Source: an uncultured Aliarcobacter sp. (lineage in GTDB: Bacteria > Campylobacterota > Campylobacteria > Campylobacterales > Arcobacteraceae). From it: DNA of 64,000 nt. Below, in pieces: positions 21,640 through 30,347 of this stretch. The notes below the pieces were generated by a model. The model did no database searches, was not told where the DNA came from, and was given only the letters and a program-made list of their open reading frames with translations. How positions within the stretch are numbered: the stretch's first letter is position 1; every line of letters begins with the position of its first letter. The DNA lies in the NCBI GenBank assembly GCA_963677435.1, contig OY781945.1:1920001-1984000 (forward strand), read 5' to 3'. A program made the translations under genes and the position numbers.

Positions 21640-23616
21640 TTATCTTTTTAGACCAATTAAAGTTGTTAAAATCTCATCTGCTGTTGTGATTGATTTTGCA
21701 TTTGCTTCGAAGGCTCTTTGGAAAACCATTAAATTAACTAAACTTTCACTTAAATCAGCAGTACTTAATTCTAAAGTTTCACTCTCAACTGATACTCCAT
21801 TATTATTATTCACTGAATATATTGGATTTCCACTATCTTTTGTTGCAGATAGAAGATTATTTCCAATAGCTTCTAATCCAATATCATTTGTAAATTGAGC
21901 AATTGCAACTTGTCCAACTACATAATCAATTCCATCTTGAGTCATTGTTATAATTCCACTATCATCAACAGAAAACTCTCCAAAAGATGAATCTGTTAAA
22001 CCTAAAGAGTTCAATTTTAGTTGTAATGAAGATAAAGATGTAGTTTGATCAACTGTTGAAATAATTTGCATAAATTCTGCATTTGCTCCTGTATTTCCAC
22101 TAATATCTTGATTTTTTTCTTTTGTATATGTTGTAGCACTTGCTAAGTCATTAAATGTAACTACACCTGAAAATTCTTCACCTGCATTTTTTGCATCAAT
22201 AACTAATTTGCCATTTATTGTTTTTGCTTCAACTTGTGTTTGTAAAGTAGGATCTGAATTTATTTTTGAGATTAAATCTTGTACAGCACTATCATAATCT
22301 GTTAATGTATTATCAGTAGTTACTGAAACTCCATTTAATGTAAATGATATAGTATCTCCAACATCAAAACTCAGAGCATTACCATTGTCATCGCTTATAA
22401 TATCACTTGAGGTATACACATCTTGTTGAGTTCCTGCAACTGCATCTCTTAATGCTTGCATTGCACTTTTTACAGCAGCTTCACCTGTTCCTTCAACAGC
22501 ATTAGTTAATGTAGTTTTTGTTCCAATTTGTTCAGTTGATCCAGTAGCTTCTGCAACATCACCTATTGTAAATGATGTTCCTGGAATTATTGAATCAATT
22601 TTTATTGTTCCATTTAAAACATCAACATTAGAGGTACTCGCTTCATTTGATGAGTTTACTGTATAAGCTTTTAATCCCGTAATTTTAGAAATTTCGTCTG
22701 ATAAAGATTTATAAGTAGCAACTCTACTTGCAAGTACATTATATTCATCATCAGTTGTTGTTCCTGATGTTGTAATACCAGCAGCATCCATTTCTGCTTT
22801 AAAAGCACTTGTTGCTGTTGTACTTACATAATTTTGTGTGATTTTATCACCATTTATGTATGCATATATTTGATCACTTTCACCATCTAATAAACTAACT
22901 CCTGTATTTGGATAATCTATTAAAGTAGTTTGAGCAATTGAAGCACTACTTGATTCTTCAGGATTTTCAGAGTAACTTGTAAGTGCTTCTGTATAATTAG
23001 TGATTAATGCTTCAATATCAGAAATTTTTGCTGATTGAGTTTTTATTCCTGAACCAGAAAGTTCAGTTGAATCACTTTTTGCACTACTTGTATAATCAGA
23101 CATTTTAGAAGCATAGGTTTGTATTTTATTTGAGAATTGAATTACTTGATTTCCAGCAATTTGACTAAATGCATCTGTGAAATAACTAAGATTAGAGTTT
23201 GTTGATGTTACATCAGCAGAAGTATCAATAGCACTTACTGCCCAACCTTGAACTTCATTTCCTGAAGCGTCTTGTAAAGTACCATTTGTACCCATTCTAA
23301 AATTCCCAGCTCTTGTATAATAATTTTCTGAAGTCCCACTAAAGTTCTTATTTGCAACAACAAAAAAACCATCTCCATCTAATGCCATATCATAAGAAGA
23401 ACCTGTGATATTTAAACTACCTTGTGTATATTGCTTTTCAGCATTTGCAACTGATGCACCTTTTCCTATACTATCTTGATACATTAAATCTGCAAATGAA
23501 ACTCTTGAAGCTTTATATCCAACTGTATTAACATTTGCAATATTATTTGATTCATTATCTAAAGCAGTTTGTTGAGCAGCAAGTCCTGCAATTCCTGTCC
23601 ATAATGCACTAATCAT
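21640..23616 (-). CDS. flgE: Flagellar hook protein FlgE homologue
   Basis: SNNIANVNTVGYK, DMALDGDGFF, YYTRAGNF, LELSTADLSESLVNLMVFQRAFEANAKSI. Confidence 0.9.
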   Translation of the reverse strand: MISALWTGIAGLAAQQTALDNESNNIANVNTVGYKASRVSFADLMYQDSIGKGASVANAEKQYTQGSLNITGSSYDMALDGDGFFVVANKNFSGTSENYYTRAGNFRMGTNGTLQDASGNEVQGWAVSAIDTSADVTSTNSNLSYFTDAFSQIAGNQVIQFSNKIQTYASKMSDYTSSAKSDSTELSGSGIKTQSAKISDIEALITNYTEALTSYSENPEESSSASIAQTTLIDYPNTGVSLLDGESDQIYAYINGDKITQNYVSTTATSAFKAEMDAAGITTSGTTTDDEYNVLASRVATYKSLSDEISKITGLKAYTVNSSNEASTSNVDVLNGTIKIDSIIPGTSFTIGDVAEATGSTEQIGTKTTLTNAVEGTGEAAVKSAMQALRDAVAGTQQDVYTSSDIISDDNGNALSFDVGDTISFTLNGVSVTTDNTLTDYDSAVQDLISKINSDPTLQTQVEAKTINGKLVIDAKNAGEEFSGVVTFNDLASATTYTKEKNQDISGNTGANAEFMQIISTVDQTTSLSSLQLKLNSLGLTDSSFGEFSVDDSGIITMTQDGIDYVVGQVAIAQFTNDIGLEAIGNNLLSATKDSGNPIYSVNNNNGVSVESETLELSTADLSESLVNLMVFQRAFEANAKSITTADEILTTLIGLKR

Positions 23617-23657
23617 TTTAAATCCTTTATGATTAAATAGTGTTTCTCACTAATTTA

Positions 23658-23689
23658 ATCATAAGGTTTTAATGTAAATATGTGGTATC
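23658..23689 (-). promoter_or_regulatory. Direct-repeat box plus -10 upstream of flgE
   Basis: Minus strand GATAC-N6-TTTAC-N10-TATGAT. Confidence 0.6.
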
Positions 23690-23733
23690 TCTTAGATAAA
23701 TACATTTAATAATAAACAAACCATTTGTAACAG

Positions 23734-24486
23734 TTAGTAAATTTTAGTAATATTATTATAAGCAATAGTTTTTGAATCACTTGAGTATGCAGTTGCCGAA
23801 TCTTGCGAATAACCTAAATCCAAATCATTTTGAGATAATGTAGAACTTCCATTACTAACAGATACAACTAATTGATAATTTCCACTTGTATTTTGTGCCA
23901 TAGAAGCTGTAATTCCTGTAATATTAGAAATTTCTGTTGCTAAATCAGCATAAGTTTTATTATATGTAGAAAAACTATAAGTATTTCCATCACTATTTGT
24001 GAGAGAAAGTGAACTATCTTCATTTGACGAATCTACTATTTGTGATGTATCTGAAACTTCATCAAAATAATAAACATCATAATAACCTGATAATTCATAA
24101 GCTGTTAGAGATATTGTTCCATCATTCATAGCAACTGATGAAACCTTATATTGTTTTGCATTACCATCATCATCAGTATCTCCATTTTCTATAATGTTAC
24201 CGATAAGTGCTGATGAACTTGATAGAGCTGATTGTTCGAAAGTTGACTGTAAAGATTCCATAGCATCAACAGTAGCTGTATTTGCTTCTAATGTTGATAG
24301 TTGTAATTGTGTACTAAGCATAGAATCAGAATCAACGGCATTAGTTGGATCTTGATATTTTAATTCTGTTAACATTAAAGTAATAAAATCATCACTTCCT
24401 AATGAATCATTACTAACTGCTGTAGTATATGAATTCCCATAAGCATCTGTTGAAGAGCTAGTTGTTACTGAACTTGTTGTTGACAT
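23734..24486 (-). CDS. flgD: Flagellar hook capping protein FlgD homologue
   Basis: DDFITLMLTELKYQDPTNAVD motif. Confidence 0.85.
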   Translation of the reverse strand: MSTTSSVTTSSSTDAYGNSYTTAVSNDSLGSDDFITLMLTELKYQDPTNAVDSDSMLSTQLQLSTLEANTATVDAMESLQSTFEQSALSSSSALIGNIIENGDTDDDGNAKQYKVSSVAMNDGTISLTAYELSGYYDVYYFDEVSDTSQIVDSSNEDSSLSLTNSDGNTYSFSTYNKTYADLATEISNITGITASMAQNTSGNYQLVVSVSNGSSTLSQNDLDLGYSQDSATAYSSDSKTIAYNNITKIY

Positions 24487-24515
24487 AAGATACTCCTTTT
24501 TAATTAGAATTATAA

Positions 24516-24568
24516 ATTCTAACTATTTGGAGTAAATATAGGGTATTAAAGAGTAAATAAAATGTAAA
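24516..24568 (-). promoter_or_regulatory. Tandem direct-repeat boxes plus -10 upstream of flgD
   Basis: Plus-strand half-sites at 24532 (GTAAA), 24543 (GTATT), 24553 (GTAAA), 24564 (GTAAA); minus-strand TAGAAT 10 bp from the proximal half-site. Confidence 0.65.
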
Positions 24569-24570
24569 TG

Positions 24571-25941
24571 CTAATTTAACTTAATTACAAAATTATGATA
24601 GTTATTTATATATTCATATTCTAATTTGTAGTTATGAATTTTTATAATATTATTTGAGATGTATAATCCAAGACCTAATCCATTAGTCGAGTCTTCATAT
24701 TCATGATTAAAAGGTTTATAATATTCTTCTATATCTTTTTCTAATTTTTCCCCTTTATTAACTATTTTTATATAATCTTTTTCAATAAAAATTTGTGGGT
24801 GTCCATTTGTATTATAAGTAATAGCATTATCAATTAAATTTTTTAATGCAATTGAGAATAATTCAAAATCAACATTTAAAATCAAATCATAATTATCTTC
24901 TATATCAATTTTATTATTATCAAGCAATAAAATATCAAAAGCTTGTCCTAATAAATCTATTACATGATATTGACTTTTTTCTAGCGAGATTTTTCCTGAA
25001 GTTAATTCTTCTATTTTTGCAAATTCACTTAATAAATACTCTAATCTTTGAAAAACTCTTATTAATATATGTTTTCTTTCACAATCATCATACATATCAG
25101 TAATTAATTTACCTTTAGTAATAGGAGTTTTTAACTCATGCATAATATTTCGTAAAAATAAATTTCTTGATTCTCTTAATTGTCTTAATTGTTTTACCGC
25201 ATTTTCAAACTCATTTGAAACTTGAGAAATTTCATCTTTTCCATTTGCTTTCATAGAAATTGATAAATCACCAGTTGATAACCTAATCATATTTTCTTTT
25301 AAAATTAAAAGAGGTTTTAATTTTTTCCTCAAAAAGATTAAAAACCAAATTAATAAAATATCAATAATAACTAAGATAACTAACCAAAAACTTTTAAACT
25401 TATTTTCATCAAAATTATCAATTATAATAATATCTTCAGGACTAAAGCCAAAAAAATTTGGAGGTGGTGGTCTATTTTCAAATCTAAATATATCCATGGG
25501 AGATTTTTTATTTCCAAAAGGACCATCTTGATGGGATTTAAAGTGTATGTATTTTTTATTATTGTAATAAAAAAATTCTACGGGTTCATCCTCTTCGCTA
25601 ACTCTTTTAGTACTTGATTCAATTAGTGTTTTTAATTCAACATTAGATATTTGAAGATTAATTGAAGACAATTTATCATTAATTTTTTCAATTGATAATC
25701 CTTCCATTTTTGAATCTTCAATAATTTTTATTGAAGAGAAATATCTTTTTATTTGCAATACATTATTTGAATTATATTCAACAATAAACTGAATACCTAT
25801 TATTAGATTTATAACAATTAAAATAAGTAAAAAGAATAAGTTTATTTGAAAAAGTATGGAATGTTTTTTATTGATTAACCAATTTATAACCAACTCCTCG
25901 AATAGATAAAATATGTTTTGGTTTTTTTGTATTTTCTTCAA
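24571..25941 (-). CDS. Two-component sensor histidine kinase (HAMP-HisKA-HATPase)
   Basis: Two TM segments, MHELKTPI H-box, NLIDNA, GLGLGLY; true start may be slightly downstream, at the overlap with the RR. Confidence 0.9.
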   Translation of the reverse strand: MKKIQKNQNIFYLFEELVINWLINKKHSILFQINLFFLLILIVINLIIGIQFIVEYNSNNVLQIKRYFSSIKIIEDSKMEGLSIEKINDKLSSINLQISNVELKTLIESSTKRVSEEDEPVEFFYYNNKKYIHFKSHQDGPFGNKKSPMDIFRFENRPPPPNFFGFSPEDIIIIDNFDENKFKSFWLVILVIIDILLIWFLIFLRKKLKPLLILKENMIRLSTGDLSISMKANGKDEISQVSNEFENAVKQLRQLRESRNLFLRNIMHELKTPITKGKLITDMYDDCERKHILIRVFQRLEYLLSEFAKIEELTSGKISLEKSQYHVIDLLGQAFDILLLDNNKIDIEDNYDLILNVDFELFSIALKNLIDNAITYNTNGHPQIFIEKDYIKIVNKGEKLEKDIEEYYKPFNHEYEDSTNGLGLGLYISNNIIKIHNYKLEYEYINNYHNFVIKLN

Positions 25942-26554
25942 TTTTACTTCGAACTCGACCTATTAAAACATCTATACTTTTATATGAGCTTTCATATTTT
26001 ATAGACTCAACATTTGTAAGTAACTCTTGTCTTGAAACAACTAAACCATTTTTTTGTATTAAATATTGTAATATATAATATTCAGCATTGGTTAATTCTA
26101 ATAATTCATCATCTTTATATATTTCCATTCTAGATTCATCAAATCTAAAAATATCTTTTTTATTTAATTCGACATTATTTTCAATTATTTGATGATTACA
26201 TCTTTTTAAAATTGATTTAATTCTTAAGATTAATTCTTGAGTATCGTATGGTTTTGCCATAAAATCATCAGCACCAAAAGAAAAACAGGCTATTTTATCA
26301 CCTAAGTAAGATCTTGCAGATGAGATAATAATGGGAGTATCATGTCTTTGTCTAATCATTTTACAAACCTCAATACCATCAATATTTGGTAATGATAAAT
26401 CTAAGATTATCAAATCATATCTTTTTATATTTAAAGCAGAGATACCAAGTTCTGGTGTTTCGTAATTAGTTATTTTTATATTATATTGGTTCAGATAGTT
26501 TGTTAGAATAGATGCTAGTTCAATATCATCTTCAATCATTAAAATATTAATCAA
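25868..26554 (-). CDS. OmpR-family response regulator
   Basis: IEDD, LDLSLP, GADDFMAKP, wHTH SIDVLIGRVRSKI, IRGVGYK. Confidence 0.93.
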   Translation of the reverse strand: MINILMIEDDIELASILTNYLNQYNIKITNYETPELGISALNIKRYDLIILDLSLPNIDGIEVCKMIRQRHDTPIIISSARSYLGDKIACFSFGADDFMAKPYDTQELILRIKSILKRCNHQIIENNVELNKKDIFRFDESRMEIYKDDELLELTNAEYYILQYLIQKNGLVVSRQELLTNVESIKYESSYKSIDVLIGRVRSKIEENTKKPKHILSIRGVGYKLVNQ

Positions 26555-26578
26555 AGTTACTCCTTATTTACATATAAA

Positions 26579-26610
26579 ATTATATTATACTAGTGTAAAT
26601 AAAAAGTAAC
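26579..26610 (-). promoter_or_regulatory. Direct-repeat box plus -10 upstream of the response regulator (possible autoregulation)
   Basis: Minus strand GTTAC-N6-TTTAC-N10-TATAAT. Confidence 0.65.
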
Positions 26611-26617
26611 ATTTCAT

Positions 26618-28849
26618 TTAAAGAAGTATTTCTCTATTTCCTTTTGCATTAACTTCAGATAAGACACCTGTTTGTTCAAGCTGTTCTACTATTGTTGCAG
26701 CTCTGTTATATCCGATTCTAAGTCTTCTTTGAATATATGATATAGAAGTTTTTTTCTCAGTTAATACAACTTCTTTTGCATCTTGGTATAATTCATCAAG
26801 TTCAATATTATCAGAATTATTAGAACTTCCACCACTTGAAGAAACCCCTGAATTTCTATCTTTTATAAAATTCATATCATAAGAAACTTCTCTTTGATCT
26901 TTTAAGAATTCTACTACTTTTTCAATTTCAGTTTCTGTTGACCAAGGTGCATGAATTCTTACAAGTCCAGACATTCCAGGAGGAGTAAATAGCATATCTC
27001 CACGACCAAGAAGTGACTCAGCCCCCATAGAATCTAAGATAATTTTAGAATCTATTTTTTGCCCTACTTTGTAAGATAATCTACTTGGTAGATTGGCTTT
27101 AATAAGTCCAGTTACAACATCAACAGATGGTCGTTGCGTTGCCACAATTAAGTGAATTCCACTTGCTCTTGCCATTTGTGCAAGTCTGGCAATTGAATAT
27201 TCAACATCTTTCCCACTTGTCATCATTAAATCCGCTAACTCATCAATTACAACCACAATATAAGGCATAGTATCATAACCCTCTACTTTTGCTTTATCAT
27301 TGTAGTTTTCAATGTTTTTTGTTTTTGTTTTTGACATTAATGTATATCTTCGTTCCATCTCTGAAACCATATTTGCTAAAGCATTTATAGCATCTGCTGC
27401 TTTTGTAATAACTGGGGTTAAAAGATGTGGAATATCATTATACATTGAAAACTCAAGCATTTTTGGGTCAATCATCACAAGTCTTAAATTATCTGGTGAG
27501 TTTTTATAAAGCAATGATAAAATCATTGAATTAATTCCCACTGATTTTCCACTTCCTGTAGTTCCTGCTATTAACAAGTGAGGAAGTTTCTTTAAATCTG
27601 TAATAAATGGTTTACCAACTATATCTTTTCCTAAAATCATTGTTAAAGGAGATTTTGAGTTTTGGAAAATTTCACTATCAAGCATCTCTTTTAAATAAAT
27701 TGTTTGTGTATCTTCATTTGGAACTTCAATTCCCACAACATCTTTTCCAGGAATTGGAGCTTGAATCCTAATAGTTTGAGCTTTAAGCGCCATTGCTAAA
27801 TCATCTTGAAGACCTAAAATCTTTGATACTTTTACATTTGGTGCAGGTTTAAATTCAAAAGTTGTTACAACTGGACCTGTATAAGTTCGTACAACATCAC
27901 CATCAATTTTGAACATTGCTAATTTATCAAGTAAATCTGCAATTTTTTGATCAATAAAAGCTTCTGATACCTTTGATTTATTATCTTTTGGTGGATCTTG
28001 GAAAAACGATGTTGGAGGTAATTTAAAATTTTTCGGTTTTTCAGTTTTACCTAGTTCTATTTGATCTAATAATTTTTTATTCTCTTCTAGTTCTTCAACT
28101 ATAATATTGTGTGTTTCAAAATTTGCTTCTTCAACTTTTTCAATTGGTTTTTCAACTATTTCCTCTTCAAATAATGAATGTTGGAATAACTCTTCTTCTT
28201 TAATCTCTTCCATTTTTTCTAAAATATCAGGAATATTTTTCTTTGAATTATTTTCAATAGTTTTCATTTCTGAAATATTTTTATCTAATTTTTTTTCTAT
28301 ATTGTTATAAACTGTTTGATTAATATCTTCAGCTCTTTTTTCTCTTCTTTTATTTTCTATTTTTTTGATATCTAAACTATTCTTTAGTTTTATCTTATTT
28401 CTAAGTTTATGTAAATCTTCCATCTCAAATTCAGAATTTTCAAATAAAACTATAACAGAAATTATAAATCCAACTAAAACAAAGAAATATAGTCCAGCAA
28501 GTCCAATAACTGGACTTAAACTATCAACTAATATATTTCCTATTTCTCCTCTATTATAAGGATTTTCTACTATTAGTGCTTGAAAAATCAAAGATACAAA
28601 AAGTAATAAAAATATAACTAAAATATTTAGAACTAAATCTCTTCTATCTATATTTTTAAAATTCACAATATATAAAATATATATAAATAAAAATAGACTC
28701 ACATAAGATAAATACCCAAAATACCTATGTGAATAATCTGAAAAAACATATCCAACATTTCCAACAACATCTTGACCACTTTCAAAAGTGGAAAATTGGA
28801 AATAAATAATGATAAATAAAAAAATTAGTGATATGATTTTCTTTGCTAT
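26618..28849 (-). CDS. ftsK: DNA translocase FtsK (start extended from 28702 to a probable ATA at 28849)
   Basis: HLLIAGTTGSGKS, DELADLMM, ATQRPS, gamma domain IGYNRAA; open hydrophobic frame continues 49 codons upstream of 28702. Confidence 0.92.
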   Translation of the reverse strand: MAKKIISLIFLFIIIYFQFSTFESGQDVVGNVGYVFSDYSHRYFGYLSYVSLFLFIYILYIVNFKNIDRRDLVLNILVIFLLLFVSLIFQALIVENPYNRGEIGNILVDSLSPVIGLAGLYFFVLVGFIISVIVLFENSEFEMEDLHKLRNKIKLKNSLDIKKIENKRREKRAEDINQTVYNNIEKKLDKNISEMKTIENNSKKNIPDILEKMEEIKEEELFQHSLFEEEIVEKPIEKVEEANFETHNIIVEELEENKKLLDQIELGKTEKPKNFKLPPTSFFQDPPKDNKSKVSEAFIDQKIADLLDKLAMFKIDGDVVRTYTGPVVTTFEFKPAPNVKVSKILGLQDDLAMALKAQTIRIQAPIPGKDVVGIEVPNEDTQTIYLKEMLDSEIFQNSKSPLTMILGKDIVGKPFITDLKKLPHLLIAGTTGSGKSVGINSMILSLLYKNSPDNLRLVMIDPKMLEFSMYNDIPHLLTPVITKAADAINALANMVSEMERRYTLMSKTKTKNIENYNDKAKVEGYDTMPYIVVVIDELADLMMTSGKDVEYSIARLAQMARASGIHLIVATQRPSVDVVTGLIKANLPSRLSYKVGQKIDSKIILDSMGAESLLGRGDMLFTPPGMSGLVRIHAPWSTETEIEKVVEFLKDQREVSYDMNFIKDRNSGVSSSGGSSNNSDNIELDELYQDAKEVVLTEKKTSISYIQRRLRIGYNRAATIVEQLEQTGVLSEVNAKGNREILL

Positions 28850-28859
28850 GATAAAGCCT

Positions 28860-29807
28860 TTACTTTAATAAATTTGATATTTTTCCTTGTAATTTAAGCC
28901 ATTGTCTATGCTCAAATAAAGGAAAACCTGCCCATGATTTCTTAGGTTCTGTAATACTTTTTGTAACTCCACCACGAGCTGCAATTGTTGTAAATGCTGC
29001 GATTTCTAAATGTCCAGCTGTTGCACTTTGTCCACCCATTACTACATAAGGGTTTAAAACTGTTGAACCAGAAAGCCCAACTTGAGCAACTAAAATTGAA
29101 CCTCTTCCTATTTTACAATTGTGTCCAATATGAACTAAATTATCAATTCTAACTCCATCTTCAATAATTGTAGAATTAAATACTGCCCTATCAATTGCAG
29201 TGTTTGCACCTATTTCAACATCATTTCCAATTGTTACATTTCCATTTTGATAGATTTTTATATATTTTCCATCTTTAGTATTAGCAAATCCAAAACCATC
29301 ACTTCCAATTACAGTTCCTGCATGAATAATACAATCATTTCCTATTGTACAATCTCTATAAACTGTTACATTTGGATAGATAATAGTGTTATTACCTATT
29401 TTTACATTATCGCCAATATAAGCCCCAGCCATTATAGTACAATCACTTCCTATAACTGAATCTTTTCCGATATAAACATTTGGCATAACTTTTGTTCCAC
29501 CACCAATTAATGGTTTTTCACCATCCATTTCTACAACATTTGGAGCAAAAAGTTTAGAAATTTTTGCTAAATTCAAATATGGTTCATCACAAACTAAAGC
29601 AATAGCTCCACTAGGAACTTCACTTGAATTTTCCTTTGTAACTAAAACTGCTGCTGCTTTTGTATTTTTTAAATCGCTGATATATTTTTTATTTTCTAAA
29701 AAAGTAAGTTGATTTTCATTTGAATCTAGTAAAGTGTTTAAACCTGTTATCTCTTTTTCTTCTTGGCAATCTATACCAATAAAATCTGCAATCTCTTGAA
29801 GAGTCAT
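28860..29807 (-). CDS. lpxD: UDP-3-O-acylglucosamine N-acyltransferase
   Basis: Hexapeptide repeats, IGSDGFGF, DNLVHIGHN. Confidence 0.95.
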   Translation of the reverse strand: MTLQEIADFIGIDCQEEKEITGLNTLLDSNENQLTFLENKKYISDLKNTKAAAVLVTKENSSEVPSGAIALVCDEPYLNLAKISKLFAPNVVEMDGEKPLIGGGTKVMPNVYIGKDSVIGSDCTIMAGAYIGDNVKIGNNTIIYPNVTVYRDCTIGNDCIIHAGTVIGSDGFGFANTKDGKYIKIYQNGNVTIGNDVEIGANTAIDRAVFNSTIIEDGVRIDNLVHIGHNCKIGRGSILVAQVGLSGSTVLNPYVVMGGQSATAGHLEIAAFTTIAARGGVTKSITEPKKSWAGFPLFEHRQWLKLQGKISNLLK

Positions 29808-29849
29808 TTCTTATCCTTATATTTAAGAATAAGATAAGAGTTTATACTC

Positions 29850-30347
29850 TTATCTTTCCATCGCTACTATTCCACTTCTTACAACTTCAAGTGGGTTAAA
29901 TTTTTGCATAACTTTTATAAAATTCATAATTCTAGCACTTGAATCTGTTGCTGAAACGATGATTGAATCATCCGTTACATTTTGAATACTTCCATGATAT
30001 GCTCGTGCAATTACATCAATATCTGATAGATTATTGTCAATTGAGAATTTCATTAAAACTGTATCTTTTTCAATTACATTTTTATGTTCATTTACTCTTA
30101 ATACTGGAATCAATTTATTTAATTGTTTAACAATTTGGTCTATCACTCTTTTATCACCAGTTGTAACTATTGTCATTCTTGAGTATTGACTATCTGTAAT
30201 TGGTGCAACTGTTAAAGAGTCAATATTATAACCTCGTGCTGAAAATAATCCAACAATTCTTGATAAAACATTATGTTCATTTAAGACAATAACTGAAATT
30301 ACTTGTCGTGTTGTTTCTGAATCGTAATAATGGTTAAAATTGTTCAT
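29850..30347 (-). CDS. ilvN: Acetolactate synthase small (regulatory) subunit
   Basis: VLSRIVGLFSARGYNIDSL, KQLNKL; adjacent to the large subunit. Confidence 0.92.
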   Translation of the reverse strand: MNNFNHYYDSETTRQVISVIVLNEHNVLSRIVGLFSARGYNIDSLTVAPITDSQYSRMTIVTTGDKRVIDQIVKQLNKLIPVLRVNEHKNVIEKDTVLMKFSIDNNLSDIDVIARAYHGSIQNVTDDSIIVSATDSSARIMNFIKVMQKFNPLEVVRSGIVAMER

